Below are positions 19,223 to 30,100 of a stretch of DNA of 64,000 nucleotides, piece by piece. Positions within the stretch are counted from its first letter, which is position 1. Every line of letters begins with the position of its first letter. The DNA is from an uncultured delta proteobacterium (lineage in GTDB: Bacteria > Desulfobacterota > Syntrophorhabdia > Syntrophorhabdales > WCHB1-27). The position numbers and the translations under genes are program-made. The DNA is taken from contig CAWEPK010000010.1 in NCBI GenBank assembly GCA_963810935.1, positions 128,001 to 192,000 of the forward strand, written 5' to 3'. The notes beneath the pieces were generated by a model that saw only the letters and a list, made by a program, of their open reading frames with translations, had not been told where the DNA came from and made no database searches.

Positions 19223-20368
19223 TCATTTGCCCTTGAACATTTTCCTGAGGCCCTCTCCTATGCCCTTCACGCCCGATCCGACCTCTTTCGCGGCCTTTCC
19301 ACCTATGTCGGTCGCCGCCTCGGGTATCGCTTTGAGGGGAAGACCCAGCTTTCCAGCCAGGCCGATCGAAATGCGGCGCATCACATTATCTTTGATATCG
19401 AACTTCGGGTTGTTCAGGTCGCCCTGAATGACAAAATCCATCGAGATTTCGTTATTGCTGTTCTTCAGAGAAGCGGCCACCATGGACAGGGGCACACCCA
19501 TTAACCGGTCGCGCGTCCCCGACCCGCTTTGGAATTGGAGCTGTTTCAGGACGGCCTTGCCGGGAGCATACAGCTTCTCGGAAGCGACCTTTACGGTCAG
19601 GTCGAGATCGAGGAACCCGTTCGTAATATTCACGGGGCTTTCCTTCTCGAAATAGGGCTTGAGGTCAATGATGTCGAGGTTGCGCACGCTTGCCTTGAGG
19701 TCCGCATCCTTTGTCTTGAGCTTAATCTTCCCGCTGCTCTTGAGGGTCCCGGTCCCCCGGTTCCCCGGAATGTCGGCACTCAACACGTACGGCGAAAAGG
19801 TATCGCCAAACGGAAACATCACATCTTCGACAACGAATCCGAAGTTGCGCAGTCTTACCAGTACGGGCCTTGCCGGTGTTTTCCCGTCGAGGTAATCGAC
19901 CGACCCGTTAACAACCTCGACCTTCTTGATGGTGACGGGCTCCGCCGCAGCCTGCCCCTGCGTCTTCTTCGATGGCGTCTGTTCCGCGGATAACTCGGGC
20001 GGCAGGACCGGGCTGACTATGTTTCCTTTTTTGTCGATCTCGACAAAGACGTATGGGTCCGTTAGGGTGACCCTGGAAATAATGTACTGCTTCTTGAGCA
20101 GCCCCATGAAATCGGCTTTTACCGAGAGGTTGCCGACCTTTATCACCTCTTTACCGGCACGGTTCTTAAGCGCGGCCCCTACCACCTCGACGCTGCCCCA
20201 TTTCAGGTCGATCCTCTCTATGGAGAAGCTTTTCCCCAGCCTGTTTTCGAGTTGGCTCTTGACGATCCGGTTCGCATATTTGACGAGAACCGCGATGGAC
20301 CCTCCCATAATGAAGATGAGGGCGGCAACGACGATAAGAAATATCTTTGACTTTTTACTGATCGGCAA
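19223..20368 (-). CDS. DUF748/AsmA-like protein
   Basis: N-terminal TM anchor, beta-rich, DLKPYF and GDLNNPKF; start uncertain. Confidence 0.7.
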   Translation of the reverse strand: MPISKKSKIFLIVVAALIFIMGGSIAVLVKYANRIVKSQLENRLGKSFSIERIDLKWGSVEVVGAALKNRAGKEVIKVGNLSVKADFMGLLKKQYIISRVTLTDPYVFVEIDKKGNIVSPVLPPELSAEQTPSKKTQGQAAAEPVTIKKVEVVNGSVDYLDGKTPARPVLVRLRNFGFVVEDVMFPFGDTFSPYVLSADIPGNRGTGTLKSSGKIKLKTKDADLKASVRNLDIIDLKPYFEKESPVNITNGFLDLDLTVKVASEKLYAPGKAVLKQLQFQSGSGTRDRLMGVPLSMVAASLKNSNNEISMDFVIQGDLNNPKFDIKDNVMRRISIGLAGKLGLPLKAIPEAATDIGGKAAKEVGSGVKGIGEGLRKMFKGK

Positions 20369-20556
20369 GCGGCCCCTCCCTCCAAAGGCGCCCCTCCCTA
20401 AGAACCCCGGCGCCTTTTTTACAATTTAATCGGAATCCTGTCTTTATGTCAAACTAAGACACCGGTGGGATTTGCCGGCTTTTATGTTGACACGGTCCGC
20501 GCTTTGGCAATATAAAAATGGTCAGATAGCCGCAAAACAGGCTACAATAGGGCAAT

Positions 20557-21799
20557 ATGATCTCCCGTAGGGCTTTCCTTGCTGCAATGGCGAAGATGAC
20601 ATGCCTGCTTGCAGGCGCGGGCCTGGCGGACTCCTGTCTCTCCACGCTTGGGGGCTCCCGCCGCGCTCGCGGCGGGCGGGCGTGGGCTGCAGGCCAGGCC
20701 GATGAGGTGCTCCGGAACGCGCCGCTCGCCCGCTTCTGGACCTCGGTACCTTCCGCAGGCGGCAATTGCCTTGCGTGCCACGAGCCTTCGGAAAATCTGA
20801 CCGGCGCCAATTACGTCCACCCTGCAAATCTGGTAAAGTGCCTCCTTTGCGCGCAGAAATGCGTCATTCCGCCAGGGAAAAGCGGCAAGTGCAGGGCCAG
20901 GAAAAATATCGACGGAAACCTCAGAAGCCTCGTCTACGGCCGGCCCATCGCCATCCATACGGACCCCATCGAGAAGAAGCCGTTTTACCATTTCCTGCCC
21001 GGCTCGGCCGCATACTCGCTTGCTACGTCGGGCTGCCCCCTGCGCTGCAAATTCTGCCAGAACTGGCAGATCTCGCAGGCATCCCCGGAAGACTACCAGA
21101 CGCCTTTCGTCCGCCCTGCCTCGATAGTCGATGAGGCGTCCTCCCGGCGCGCGCCGGTAATCGCCTTCACCTACAACGAGCCGACGGTTTTTGCCGAATA
21201 CATGATCGACATCGCACACGAGGCGAGAGCGCGCCGCATCCGGTCCGTCCTGGTCTCCTGCGGCTTCATGAGCGAGGCGCCGCTCGGCGAGATGTGCTCG
21301 GTCCTCGACGCCATAAAGATCGATTTGAAGGGCTTCAGCGACCGGTTCTACAGGGACGTATGCAGCGCGGAGCTTCGCCCGGTCCTCAAGAGCATCAAAC
21401 GGGTCGCCAGGAGCCGGGCGCACCTCGAGATAGTCAACCTGGTCGTACCTACCCTCAACGACTCGGAAAAAATGCTCACGGGCCTGGCCGATTGGGTGGT
21501 AAGCGAAGTGGGTCCGGACGTGCCGGTCCATTTCAGCAGGTTCCATCCCGACTACCAGATGCCCCACCTTCCACCGACCCCTGTTGCAACGCTGGAGCTG
21601 GCCCGCCAGATGGCGCTCGTTAAAGGGATCCATTACCCGTACGTCGGCAACGTGCCCGGCCATCCGGGCAACAACACGTATTGCCCGTCCTGCGGCAAGA
21701 CAGTCGTCAAGCGCGATTCGTTCTTCGTCACGGGAGCTGCACGTCAAGGATGATAAATGCGCCTTTTGCAATCGAAAGATTGCAGGCGTCTGGAGGTAG
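20557..21799 (+). CDS. amrS: AmmeMemoRadiSam system radical SAM enzyme with Tat-like leader (one-base insertion near 21733)
   Basis: DPIEKKPFYHF, GCPLRCKFCQNW, FTYNEP, RFHPDY, YVGNVPGH..NTYCPSCG; conserved tail ELHVKDDKCAFCNRKIAGVWR continues in another frame to 21799. Confidence 0.9.
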
Positions 21800-21803
21800 C
21801 GTC

Positions 21804-23327
21804 TTGAAAAGGTCCCTGCTTCTCGCCGTGATCGCGGCCGCCCTGCTATCGCCGTCTCTTGCGAGGCCGGCAAGCGATGCCGTCCGGCCGCCTGCCGTAG
21901 CCGGACAGTTCTATCCCGATTCCCCCTCGGCCCTGAAAGCGGCAGTCCGGAAGTACCTTCACGACGCCCTACCGCGCACAGCCGGGAAGCCTATAGCCAT
22001 AGTAGTCCCCCACGCCGGATTCATCTTTTCAGGCCAGATCGCGGCCGATGCATTCAAGCAGGCGGAGGGGGAGAAATTCGACCTGGTCGTAATACTCGGC
22101 ACGAACCACACAACGCCGGGCTTCGAGAAGATATCGGTTTACAACGGCTTCGCTTTCCGTACTCCCCTCGGACTTGCGGAAGTCGACCGGGCGGCGGCCG
22201 ACGCGCTCATCAAGGCCGATGCCGATTGCACGCCTGACGATGCGGTCCACGCGGGTGAGCACTCCATAGAAGTCGAGCTGCCCTTTATTCAGGTCCTCTT
22301 CCCCGGCGCGCGTATTTTGCCCGTAGTCGTCGGCCCTTCCGATCCGGCCCGCATCGCCCGTTTTGGAAAGGCCCTCGCCGGCGTGCTTAAGGGCCGTCGC
22401 GCGCTCATCGTCGCAAGCTCCGACCTTTCACATTATCCTGAGGCTTCCGCCGCCGAAGGACTCGATATGGAGGTGCTCGGCGCAATGGCCGACCTCGACG
22501 CCGATGCATTGCGGTCTGCTCTCGCAACCCATATGCGTAAGTCCGTGCCGAACTTCGTGACAGGCGCGTGCGGCGAGGCCCCGGTCCTCGCAGCTATCGA
22601 TGCGGCGAAAAAGCTTGGCGCGAAGGGAGGGAATGTCGTGAGCTACGCCCACTCCGGCCAGACTGCCGTGGGCGATCAGTCGCGCGTGGTAGGTTACGGC
22701 GCCGTTGTAATGACTGCGGAGAAAGGCCCTGCACGGCCGCACAAGAAACACGGTGAGCCGCCTTATTCGGACACTTTCAGCACGTCCGAGAGAAAAGCGC
22801 TCCTCGCTTTTGCGAAGGAAAGCATCAGCCGGGCCGTGCAAACCCAGACGGCCCCCCTCGCAAGGGGGTTCGGCGAGAACCTCGAGCAGAAACGGGCGGT
22901 CTTCGTCACCTTAAAAGAACGCGGCGAGCTGCGCGGCTGCATCGGGCAGACCGAGCCGCAGATGCCCCTCTCGCAGGCGGTGGGGGCAATGGCTATCCAG
23001 GCGGCCTTCATGGACCCCCGCTTCCGCCCCGTCGTCCAGGCCGAGCTTGCAGATATAGAGATAGAGATCTCCGTCCTCACCCGGTTGAAGCCCGTCGCAA
23101 AAGCGGCCGACATCGTACTCGGGAGGGACGGCGTCGTCCTGTCGAAGGGCGGCAAGTCTGCGCTATTCTTACCCCAGGTAGCAACCGAAGAACACTGGGA
23201 CCTGAACACTACGCTCGACAACCTCTGCCTCAAGGCCGGCCTGACCGCCAACTGCTGGCGCGACGGCGCCAGGTTCTCGACCTTCCAGGCCATCGTCTTC
23301 GGGGAACAGGCCCACGAGTCTAAATGA
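21804..23327 (+). CDS. amrB: AmmeMemoRadiSam protein B (MEMO1) / protein A (AMMECR1) fusion with signal peptide
   Basis: RPPAVAGQFYP, PHAG, EHSIE, SSDLSHY, then VFVTL..LRGCIG, DPRF, LFLPQV. Confidence 0.9.
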   Translation: MKRSLLLAVIAAALLSPSLARPASDAVRPPAVAGQFYPDSPSALKAAVRKYLHDALPRTAGKPIAIVVPHAGFIFSGQIAADAFKQAEGEKFDLVVILGTNHTTPGFEKISVYNGFAFRTPLGLAEVDRAAADALIKADADCTPDDAVHAGEHSIEVELPFIQVLFPGARILPVVVGPSDPARIARFGKALAGVLKGRRALIVASSDLSHYPEASAAEGLDMEVLGAMADLDADALRSALATHMRKSVPNFVTGACGEAPVLAAIDAAKKLGAKGGNVVSYAHSGQTAVGDQSRVVGYGAVVMTAEKGPARPHKKHGEPPYSDTFSTSERKALLAFAKESISRAVQTQTAPLARGFGENLEQKRAVFVTLKERGELRGCIGQTEPQMPLSQAVGAMAIQAAFMDPRFRPVVQAELADIEIEISVLTRLKPVAKAADIVLGRDGVVLSKGGKSALFLPQVATEEHWDLNTTLDNLCLKAGLTANCWRDGARFSTFQAIVFGEQAHESK

Positions 23328-25456
23328 CCTTCTGCCTTTTCCTGGTCGGCTTCGTATCGATGGTCGCGCAGGTAGCAATTTTGCGCGAGCTGAATGTCGC
23401 CTTCTACGGAATCGAGCTGATCTATGCGCTGGCGATAGGGGCATGGCTCCTGGCGACTGGTACGGGCGCGCTCATTTTCCGCGGCCGCCCGGCCACCTTC
23501 ACGGGTATTGCGCTTCTCTTTTTGCTTCTCGCGTTTGTCCTGCCCCTCGACATAATTTTTTTGCGCGGGAGCCGTCTCGCATTTTCCGGCGTCCCGGGCG
23601 CTTATCTCTCTTTCTTCAGCCAGCTCGCCGTCATGGCCCTCGCCCTCACCCCCGTGGGTCTTCCGTTGGGGCTTCTCTTTCAAAAGGCGGCCAGGCTTTA
23701 CGCGCAGGTCGGCAGGGGCATGGCGCTCGCCTATGCAGTGGAGAGCGCGGGCGGAGTTGCCGGCGGCCTGGCATCTACGCTCTTTGTCAGATGGGGCGTG
23801 CAGAATTTTTGCCTCGCCGCCGTCTGCGGACTCGTCTGCCTCCTGCCTGCCGCCTATCCACGCCTCGGCCTGCAAAGGCGCATTCCGGCCCTCGTCCTTG
23901 CCCCGCTCCTCGTCATTGCGCTTTTTCTGTCGTCCGCAATCGAGACCGGGACTACCGCCTGGAACCACAAGGGCCTGCTCGCAACGGGGGACACGCCTTA
24001 CGGCCGCGTCACGGTCACGGGTTCATCAGGCCAGGTCGCCGTATTCGAGAACGACGCCCTCGCGTTCGAGACGCAGGACAGGGAGATCGAGGCGTTCGCA
24101 CACCTCCCGGCCTTACAGCATACGCCTCCCCTCACGGACGTGCTCATCCTCGGAGGCATCGACGGCACGGTGAAAGAATTGCTGAAGCACAGGCCCGATC
24201 GGATCGATTGCGTGGAGCTTAACGAGAGAGAGGTGGAGATGGCGCTCTCGCAAATGCCGGCAGAGACGAGGGCGTGGGCCGCTGACCCGCGGGTGCACAT
24301 GATCTTCGCGGACCCTCGGCGTTTCATGCTGGGCGCAAATGTCTACGACATCATCGCGGTCGGCATGCCGGAGCCCGTTTCGGGCCAGGCAAACCGGTTC
24401 TACACAAAAGAATTCTTCTCCGCCTGCGCCCGCGTCATGAAACCCGGCGCCGTGCTGGCGTTGAGGCTGAAAAGCAGCGAAAACCTCCTGACGCCTGCGC
24501 TCAGGGGCAGGTTGGAGAGCATATATGCGTCACTGGGCGCCGTCTTCCCTTATGTTCTCTTCCTGCCCGGCGATACGAATATCGTCACCGGCTCTTTTGC
24601 CCCGCTGCCGGAAGACCCGGAGGTCCTTGTCGAGCGGTTGCGCAGCCTCGCCCTTCCGACGCTTTTCGTTTCACCGCCTTATATTCGTTACCTCTACGCA
24701 AACGACCGCTTTTTCGAGATCAGGGACATGCTGAAGACGGCGAGGGCGCCGATGAACACGGACCTCAGGCCGGTCTGCTACAAGTACACCCTTCTGATCT
24801 GGCTGTCGAAGTTCTTTCCCTCCCTGGCCGCGAAAGAGATGGGGCAGCGGGAGGGCTTATCAGGCCGCTCGTCAGGCATCCTGCTCCTCTGCACCGCCCT
24901 TTTCCTTATCATCGCACGCAAAAAAGCAGGTGTCCGGAGGGTTATGCTGGCCGCAGCCTCAGGTTTTGCAGGCATGGCCCTGGAATCGGTCGTTATCCTG
25001 GCCTACCAGGTCAAATATGGCGTGCTTTACCAGGATATCGGCGTCCTTCTCATGAGCTTCATGGCCGGGCTTGCGGCAGGCGCCTGGGCCGTAGATACAG
25101 GGGCCGGGGGGCGCATACGCTCGGTCAGGCTGCGGGCAGGCGGACTCATTGCGGCATTCTGCGCGCTTTGCGGCCTGGTCTATTGGCGGCTCCATTCGGG
25201 CCATGCGATGGGCCTCGCGGAGGCAAGCGCGGTCCTTGTTGCAGCGGGCTTCGTCGTTGCGGGGATCTTCGTCTGCGCGGGTCGATACGGCCTGCCCGAC
25301 CAGGCCGCGGTCGTTGCGCCGCTTTACGCGGCAGACCTCTTCGGCGGCTGCGTTGCGGCCCTTGCAGTGGGTCTTTTCGTGCTCCCTTCCGCGGGTCTCC
25401 TCACGGCTACCGTCTGGGCGGGCGCATCGACTATGCTTGCGCTCCTGCTGCTATAA
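23324..25456 (+). CDS. membrane-bound spermidine synthase-like protein (TM-SAM fold-TM)
   Basis: QVAILRE, YAVESAG, TPYG, VELN, NRFYTKEFF, NTD.RP, YAADLFG; ATGA overlap with amrB. Confidence 0.8.
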   Translation: MTFCLFLVGFVSMVAQVAILRELNVAFYGIELIYALAIGAWLLATGTGALIFRGRPATFTGIALLFLLLAFVLPLDIIFLRGSRLAFSGVPGAYLSFFSQLAVMALALTPVGLPLGLLFQKAARLYAQVGRGMALAYAVESAGGVAGGLASTLFVRWGVQNFCLAAVCGLVCLLPAAYPRLGLQRRIPALVLAPLLVIALFLSSAIETGTTAWNHKGLLATGDTPYGRVTVTGSSGQVAVFENDALAFETQDREIEAFAHLPALQHTPPLTDVLILGGIDGTVKELLKHRPDRIDCVELNEREVEMALSQMPAETRAWAADPRVHMIFADPRRFMLGANVYDIIAVGMPEPVSGQANRFYTKEFFSACARVMKPGAVLALRLKSSENLLTPALRGRLESIYASLGAVFPYVLFLPGDTNIVTGSFAPLPEDPEVLVERLRSLALPTLFVSPPYIRYLYANDRFFEIRDMLKTARAPMNTDLRPVCYKYTLLIWLSKFFPSLAAKEMGQREGLSGRSSGILLLCTALFLIIARKKAGVRRVMLAAASGFAGMALESVVILAYQVKYGVLYQDIGVLLMSFMAGLAAGAWAVDTGAGGRIRSVRLRAGGLIAAFCALCGLVYWRLHSGHAMGLAEASAVLVAAGFVVAGIFVCAGRYGLPDQAAVVAPLYAADLFGGCVAALAVGLFVLPSAGLLTATVWAGASTMLALLLL

Positions 25457-25521
25457 CCGCGCCGCTCTCGCGGCGTCCCGGCGCCCGTAGCTGCCACGGC
25501 AAGGTCGAAGACCTTGGCATT

Positions 25522-26106
25522 CTACTTTATCCTGACACCGTCGAGATAGACGAGAGTCCTGCTGATGCCGTGGAAGAAGCTGCGGTGCGCCCTCCTGCCC
25601 ATGGCGTAAACGGGCTGGAACCGGATGACGTGGCCCTCGTCTTCGACTAGTGAGATATCAACCTCGGTATGGTAATTATCGTAAGGCATGGTGAAGGCAA
25701 TGTGGTGAGGCCCCGCAGACAGGCGGATCGTCTTTTTGAGCACGTACCTGATCCCCTCGCCGCCCTCAGGCAGCCTCCCCGCCGTTCCATAGACTGGTGT
25801 GCTCTCTCTTGCGCCTTCCACCTCCCAGACTATCTTCTGCCCGTCCACGCTCAGCTCGAAGGGAAAGCCGCCGGGGGGCACCCGCCTTGACTCCAGGAGG
25901 TAATGTTCCCGTGTCGGGGTCTTCACGGAAGCCGTTACCGTGAGGTCTACCATGCCTTCGGGCGGGCCTTCCGCGTCTCCGGCCTCGGCAAAGATACCGA
26001 CCTGGGGCGCCCGTGCCGCCTGGCTCGCCCTTCCCCCGCAGGCGCTCAGGCAGGCGGCCGGCAGCGTAAGAAGAACGAGCGCACATATGAAGGAACGCAC
26101 ACTCAT
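25522..26106 (-). CDS. hypothetical lipoprotein
   Basis: Lipobox LSAC; overlaps stop of upstream gene. Confidence 0.65.
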   Translation of the reverse strand: MSVRSFICALVLLTLPAACLSACGGRASQAARAPQVGIFAEAGDAEGPPEGMVDLTVTASVKTPTREHYLLESRRVPPGGFPFELSVDGQKIVWEVEGARESTPVYGTAGRLPEGGEGIRYVLKKTIRLSAGPHHIAFTMPYDNYHTEVDISLVEDEGHVIRFQPVYAMGRRAHRSFFHGISRTLVYLDGVRIK

Positions 26107-26888
26107 TTCGCCGCCTTCTTCTCCGTGCCGGTCTCCTCAGGGCCCCACGTCATCAGATAGGAGGCATAAAAGAAGAAACTCGCAGGCCCGCGTATGTCCG
26201 TGCCGGCCGAGCAGATGAAATGGTGCACTTCGCTGAAATTGACGATCGCTCCGATATTATATCCCGTATCGCCCTGCCCGCCCGCGATGGACGACGTCTG
26301 GTGAAACAACTCTGCGCCAATCGTCAGCCATTTCGTTATGTCGCGCTGTACGACCCAGCCGGCAAACCAGTAGTTCCTGTTGTCCACGCCGGGGTTTATC
26401 CAGTATCCTCCGCCGCCAAAGCTGGTCCACGGCCCCAGGCTTTTTTGAAGCCAGACAGGAAAGAACAGTTGCGGCTGGCCGGTGCCGAGGCCCCTTGCCC
26501 TGCTGCCTGTCGGCGCCTCCAGCAGCGGGAATGTACCGACCATGGGGACGTATTCGCTCTCCTGAATAAAGCGGTACTTGACGCCCAGCTCGACGTCGCC
26601 GGGGCCGAAAAGCGTGGGGCCCCCTTTCGGTCTGTCGTAAGCATCGGGAACTATGAGGTGAAGCTGGACGTTCGGCAGCAGCCCGTAGTCCCCCTCAAAG
26701 TGCGGGCTCGTGCCGGAGACACCGCTCTTGTCGCGCTGATACTGGGTCGCCGTATAGAATTCCCAGTGCCTGTATGCGTCCGTTTCCGGGTCGTCAGTGC
26801 GAAAAGGCGGACCGCCTGAGGCGGGTATAGACCAGAGCGCCACGGAAAGGAGCGTTAACCCGAGCGATATCCACGGCCCACGGTTCAT
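26103..26888 (-). CDS. putative outer-membrane beta-barrel transporter
   Basis: Signal peptide, GPPFRTDDP, GDVELGVKYRF, PTG....GLG.G, aromatic C-terminal strand. Confidence 0.7.
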   Translation of the reverse strand: MNRGPWISLGLTLLSVALWSIPASGGPPFRTDDPETDAYRHWEFYTATQYQRDKSGVSGTSPHFEGDYGLLPNVQLHLIVPDAYDRPKGGPTLFGPGDVELGVKYRFIQESEYVPMVGTFPLLEAPTGSRARGLGTGQPQLFFPVWLQKSLGPWTSFGGGGYWINPGVDNRNYWFAGWVVQRDITKWLTIGAELFHQTSSIAGGQGDTGYNIGAIVNFSEVHHFICSAGTDIRGPASFFFYASYLMTWGPEETGTEKKAAK

Positions 26889-27108
26889 CGTCCGCCCCCT
26901 CCCCTATATCACGAATGTAATGCCGAGGTCATCAGGCCGCTACTCGCCACGCCGCCAGAGCTGTTTGCCTTGCTTCGGCTTACTTTTGAGGGGCGCCCTT
27001 GAAGCCTCGGGCCTGAGATTGTATTATGCTATAGCTAAGAGGTACTGTGCACCAAAGACCGCAAAGGTATTTCGGGTTCTTCATTTTTCGAGGACTGCTA
27101 AAACGAAT

Positions 27109-30100
27109 ATGACAAAGGCTTCAAAGGCCGCGATAGGCGTCGCCGTCGTCCTGGCCGTTCTTATTGTTTTTCTTCTCTTTTTGCCCGGCTTCATGAACTT
27201 CGAGCCGGTCAAGTCGCGGCTCCTTTCCGCCATATCGCAAAGTACGGGCGCCACTGTAAAGGCTGCAAAGATAGAGGCCGCATTCCTTCCGCGCCCGTCG
27301 ATCACCCTCGCCCGGGGGGCAGTTGCCGGAAAAGTCTCCGGCACATTTGACGCGCTCTCTATCTATCCCCAGGTCCTGCCGCTATTTCTCGGAAAGCTGC
27401 GCCTCGCCCGGATCGACATCGAGGGCCCCGTTTTCCGCATGGATATGTCGCTTTTGACGGCTGCCCCGTCCTTGCCGAAATTATCAGTGAAGGCAATCGA
27501 GGACAAGGTGGCCCCGGCCGTTAGGCTCCTTACGTCGAACGTGCCGGGGCTGGCTGTCTCGGTCGCAAAAGGGAGGGTCACGCTCGTAGACGGCAGCCGG
27601 CAGGACTTCCGGCTCGACTCCATAGAATGCCTGATGAAGGTCGAAACGCACCGCGTCGAAACCGCGCTCGCCTGCTCGTCGGACGCCTGGCAGCACGCTT
27701 CCGTGAAGATGTGGATAAAACCGGAAGGGTTCAAGGGAGAGGTGAACCTGGACATGACGGGCTTTACGGCCGGCCTCGCGGCCAGGCGGTTCTTCCCGGC
27801 TGCCCGGCTGCAGGTCGAAGACGCCCTCGGAGACATAGCCGTGAAACTGCGGGTGGACGGCAGCTGCAGCCTGTATGCCGGACTCGATGGAAGCATCGAC
27901 CGCGTATCGCTGCGCAAAAGTAGCACAAGCCTCTCCTTGCAGAAGGTCCGCCTGAAAGGCTCCCTTCGCCTGGAAGGCGAGAAAACCATAGTTTCCGTCG
28001 AGCGCCTCGAAAGCGCCTATCCAACATGCAAGCTTTCCGGGGAGGCGACCATCGACCCCGCTTCACGGGCTGCGACCGCCCGCATCGATGGAGCACAAGC
28101 CGATGCAGCGGGCGCCCGCAGCACCGTTCTCTTTTTCGCCGGAGACGATCGGGACGTGCGCAACGTCTTCGACGTCGTTAGGGCCGGCAGTGTATCGGGG
28201 GCCACACTGAGCGCCAGGGGGACGTCGCTCCGCGACATGGTGAAAGCGGAGCATATTTCGGCTGCGGGCAGCGTGACGGGCGGTTCTATAGTCCTTCCCG
28301 ACAGCCTTCTTCCTGTCGATCGGATAGCCGGGGAGATGCGCATCACAGGCGGTTTCCTGGAAGGGACCGGCCTTTCCGGCCGTATGGGCGGAAATACCGC
28401 GACGAAGTCGAAAATACGGCTGGACTTGAGGGAAAGCACGCCCGGAACACCATTCCGGCTCGACTTGAACGTGAGGGCAGACGTGGCGCAAATTCCCTTT
28501 TATCTCGGGCGCCTCGTGCCGGACGCGGATTTCGTGCACGAGATCGCGATGGTGCACGCACCTTCCGGAAAGGCGGAGGGGCGAGTGGTTTACGATTCGC
28601 TCCAACAGCCTCTCCAGGTGGCTGTGGACGTCGAGTCTTTCGCCCTCCACGCAGTCTACGGCCGGTTCCCATACCCGTTGGATTTCGATGCGGGAAGCTT
28701 CCACTACGACACAAACGGAGAGCAGATCAGGGTGCAGGGTCTTTCGGGCAAAGCGGGCAAATCATCCTTCTCCGGCCTGTCCGCGGAGTTAGTCGCGGGG
28801 ACTGAGCCCTATCTCACGATCGATTCCGGGGCAGCAATTGCATCGCTTCAGGAGATCGACCCGTGGCTCCGCTCAATGGCGCCGTTGAAGGGCCCCCTCG
28901 ACAAGATCGGACCGGTGAACGGGACAATTACGATTGACGCCATCAACATGAAAGGACCCGTCTCTCAGCCGCACAGATGGCAGTTTCATGCCGCGGGGAA
29001 GGTGGAGAACGTCGCAGCCGACGCTGTATGGCTTCCGGGAGAAGCCGTGGCGAGGACGGGCGCATTCGACGTCTCGCAGGACCGGCTCTCCTTCTCGGGT
29101 CTGCACGCCGCTTGCCTCGACGCTTCAATCGCAGGGTCAGGCAAACTTACTTATACGCTGGAGGCGGTACAGCAGGTCGAGGTGGAGCTGGCTGGAGAAA
29201 TGGGAGACCGGACCGCGGAATGGGTATCGCAATTTGTTGATCTGCCTTCGAGGCTCTGGCTGCGGACACCGCTTTCGATATCGAAGGCGCACATCGCGTG
29301 GCAAAAAGACGAGACCTCCTTTTCGGGTAATTTTGCCGTTCACGACGGACCGCGGGTCGCCCTCGGCCTCGTTCATCGTCCAGGTGAATTTACGATCAAG
29401 CCCCTGGTAATCACCGATGCGCACTCGAACGCCTCCGTCTCTCTTTATGCTAAGGAGAAGGCGTTTGACTGCACCTTCAGCGGGAACCTTGCGGAAAGGA
29501 CCATCGACGACCTTTTTGCCGAAAAAGGGCTCGTCACAGGTCGGATAAAGGGAGACATAGAGGCGCATATCATCCCAGGCAAACCCTCGGCCTCGACGGC
29601 TAAGGGGAAAATCGAAGGCACGGGCATAAGCTTCCCCGGTTTCTCGAAGAGGCCATTTAAGGTGGCGGCGTTGGAGATCAGCGCGCAGGGGGAGAGCGCT
29701 ACCCTGAAGATAGACTTCACGGCCTTCGACCAGGCGATGAGCGCAAGCGGCAGGGTTGCCGCAGCGAAAGACGCCTTTACCCTCGACATGGACCTGTCTA
29801 CCGGCGGCCTGGACCTGGAGCGGATAGCGGAACAAGCGCACGGCCGGGACACCGGCGACATGCTGCGCGACCTGCCGATAGAAGGGACGGTGCGGGTCAG
29901 GCCGGAGTATGTAAGCTACGGCACATACCTGTGGAAACCGGTGCAGGCGGACGTCACTTTCATGCATGGCCCCATGCGCGTGATCGTAAACCAGGCGGAG
30001 ATTTGCGGTATCAACACCCCAGGCCGCATAGAGTATAACGACGGGCAATGGACGCTCGATTTCCTCCTTGCCTCTCAGGTCCAGCCCGTGCAGTCTACGT

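Noticed and set aside
21751..21756. Selenocysteine readthrough of the amrS TGA
   Set aside because: TGA is followed at once by TAA, and the conserved tail is in a different frame.
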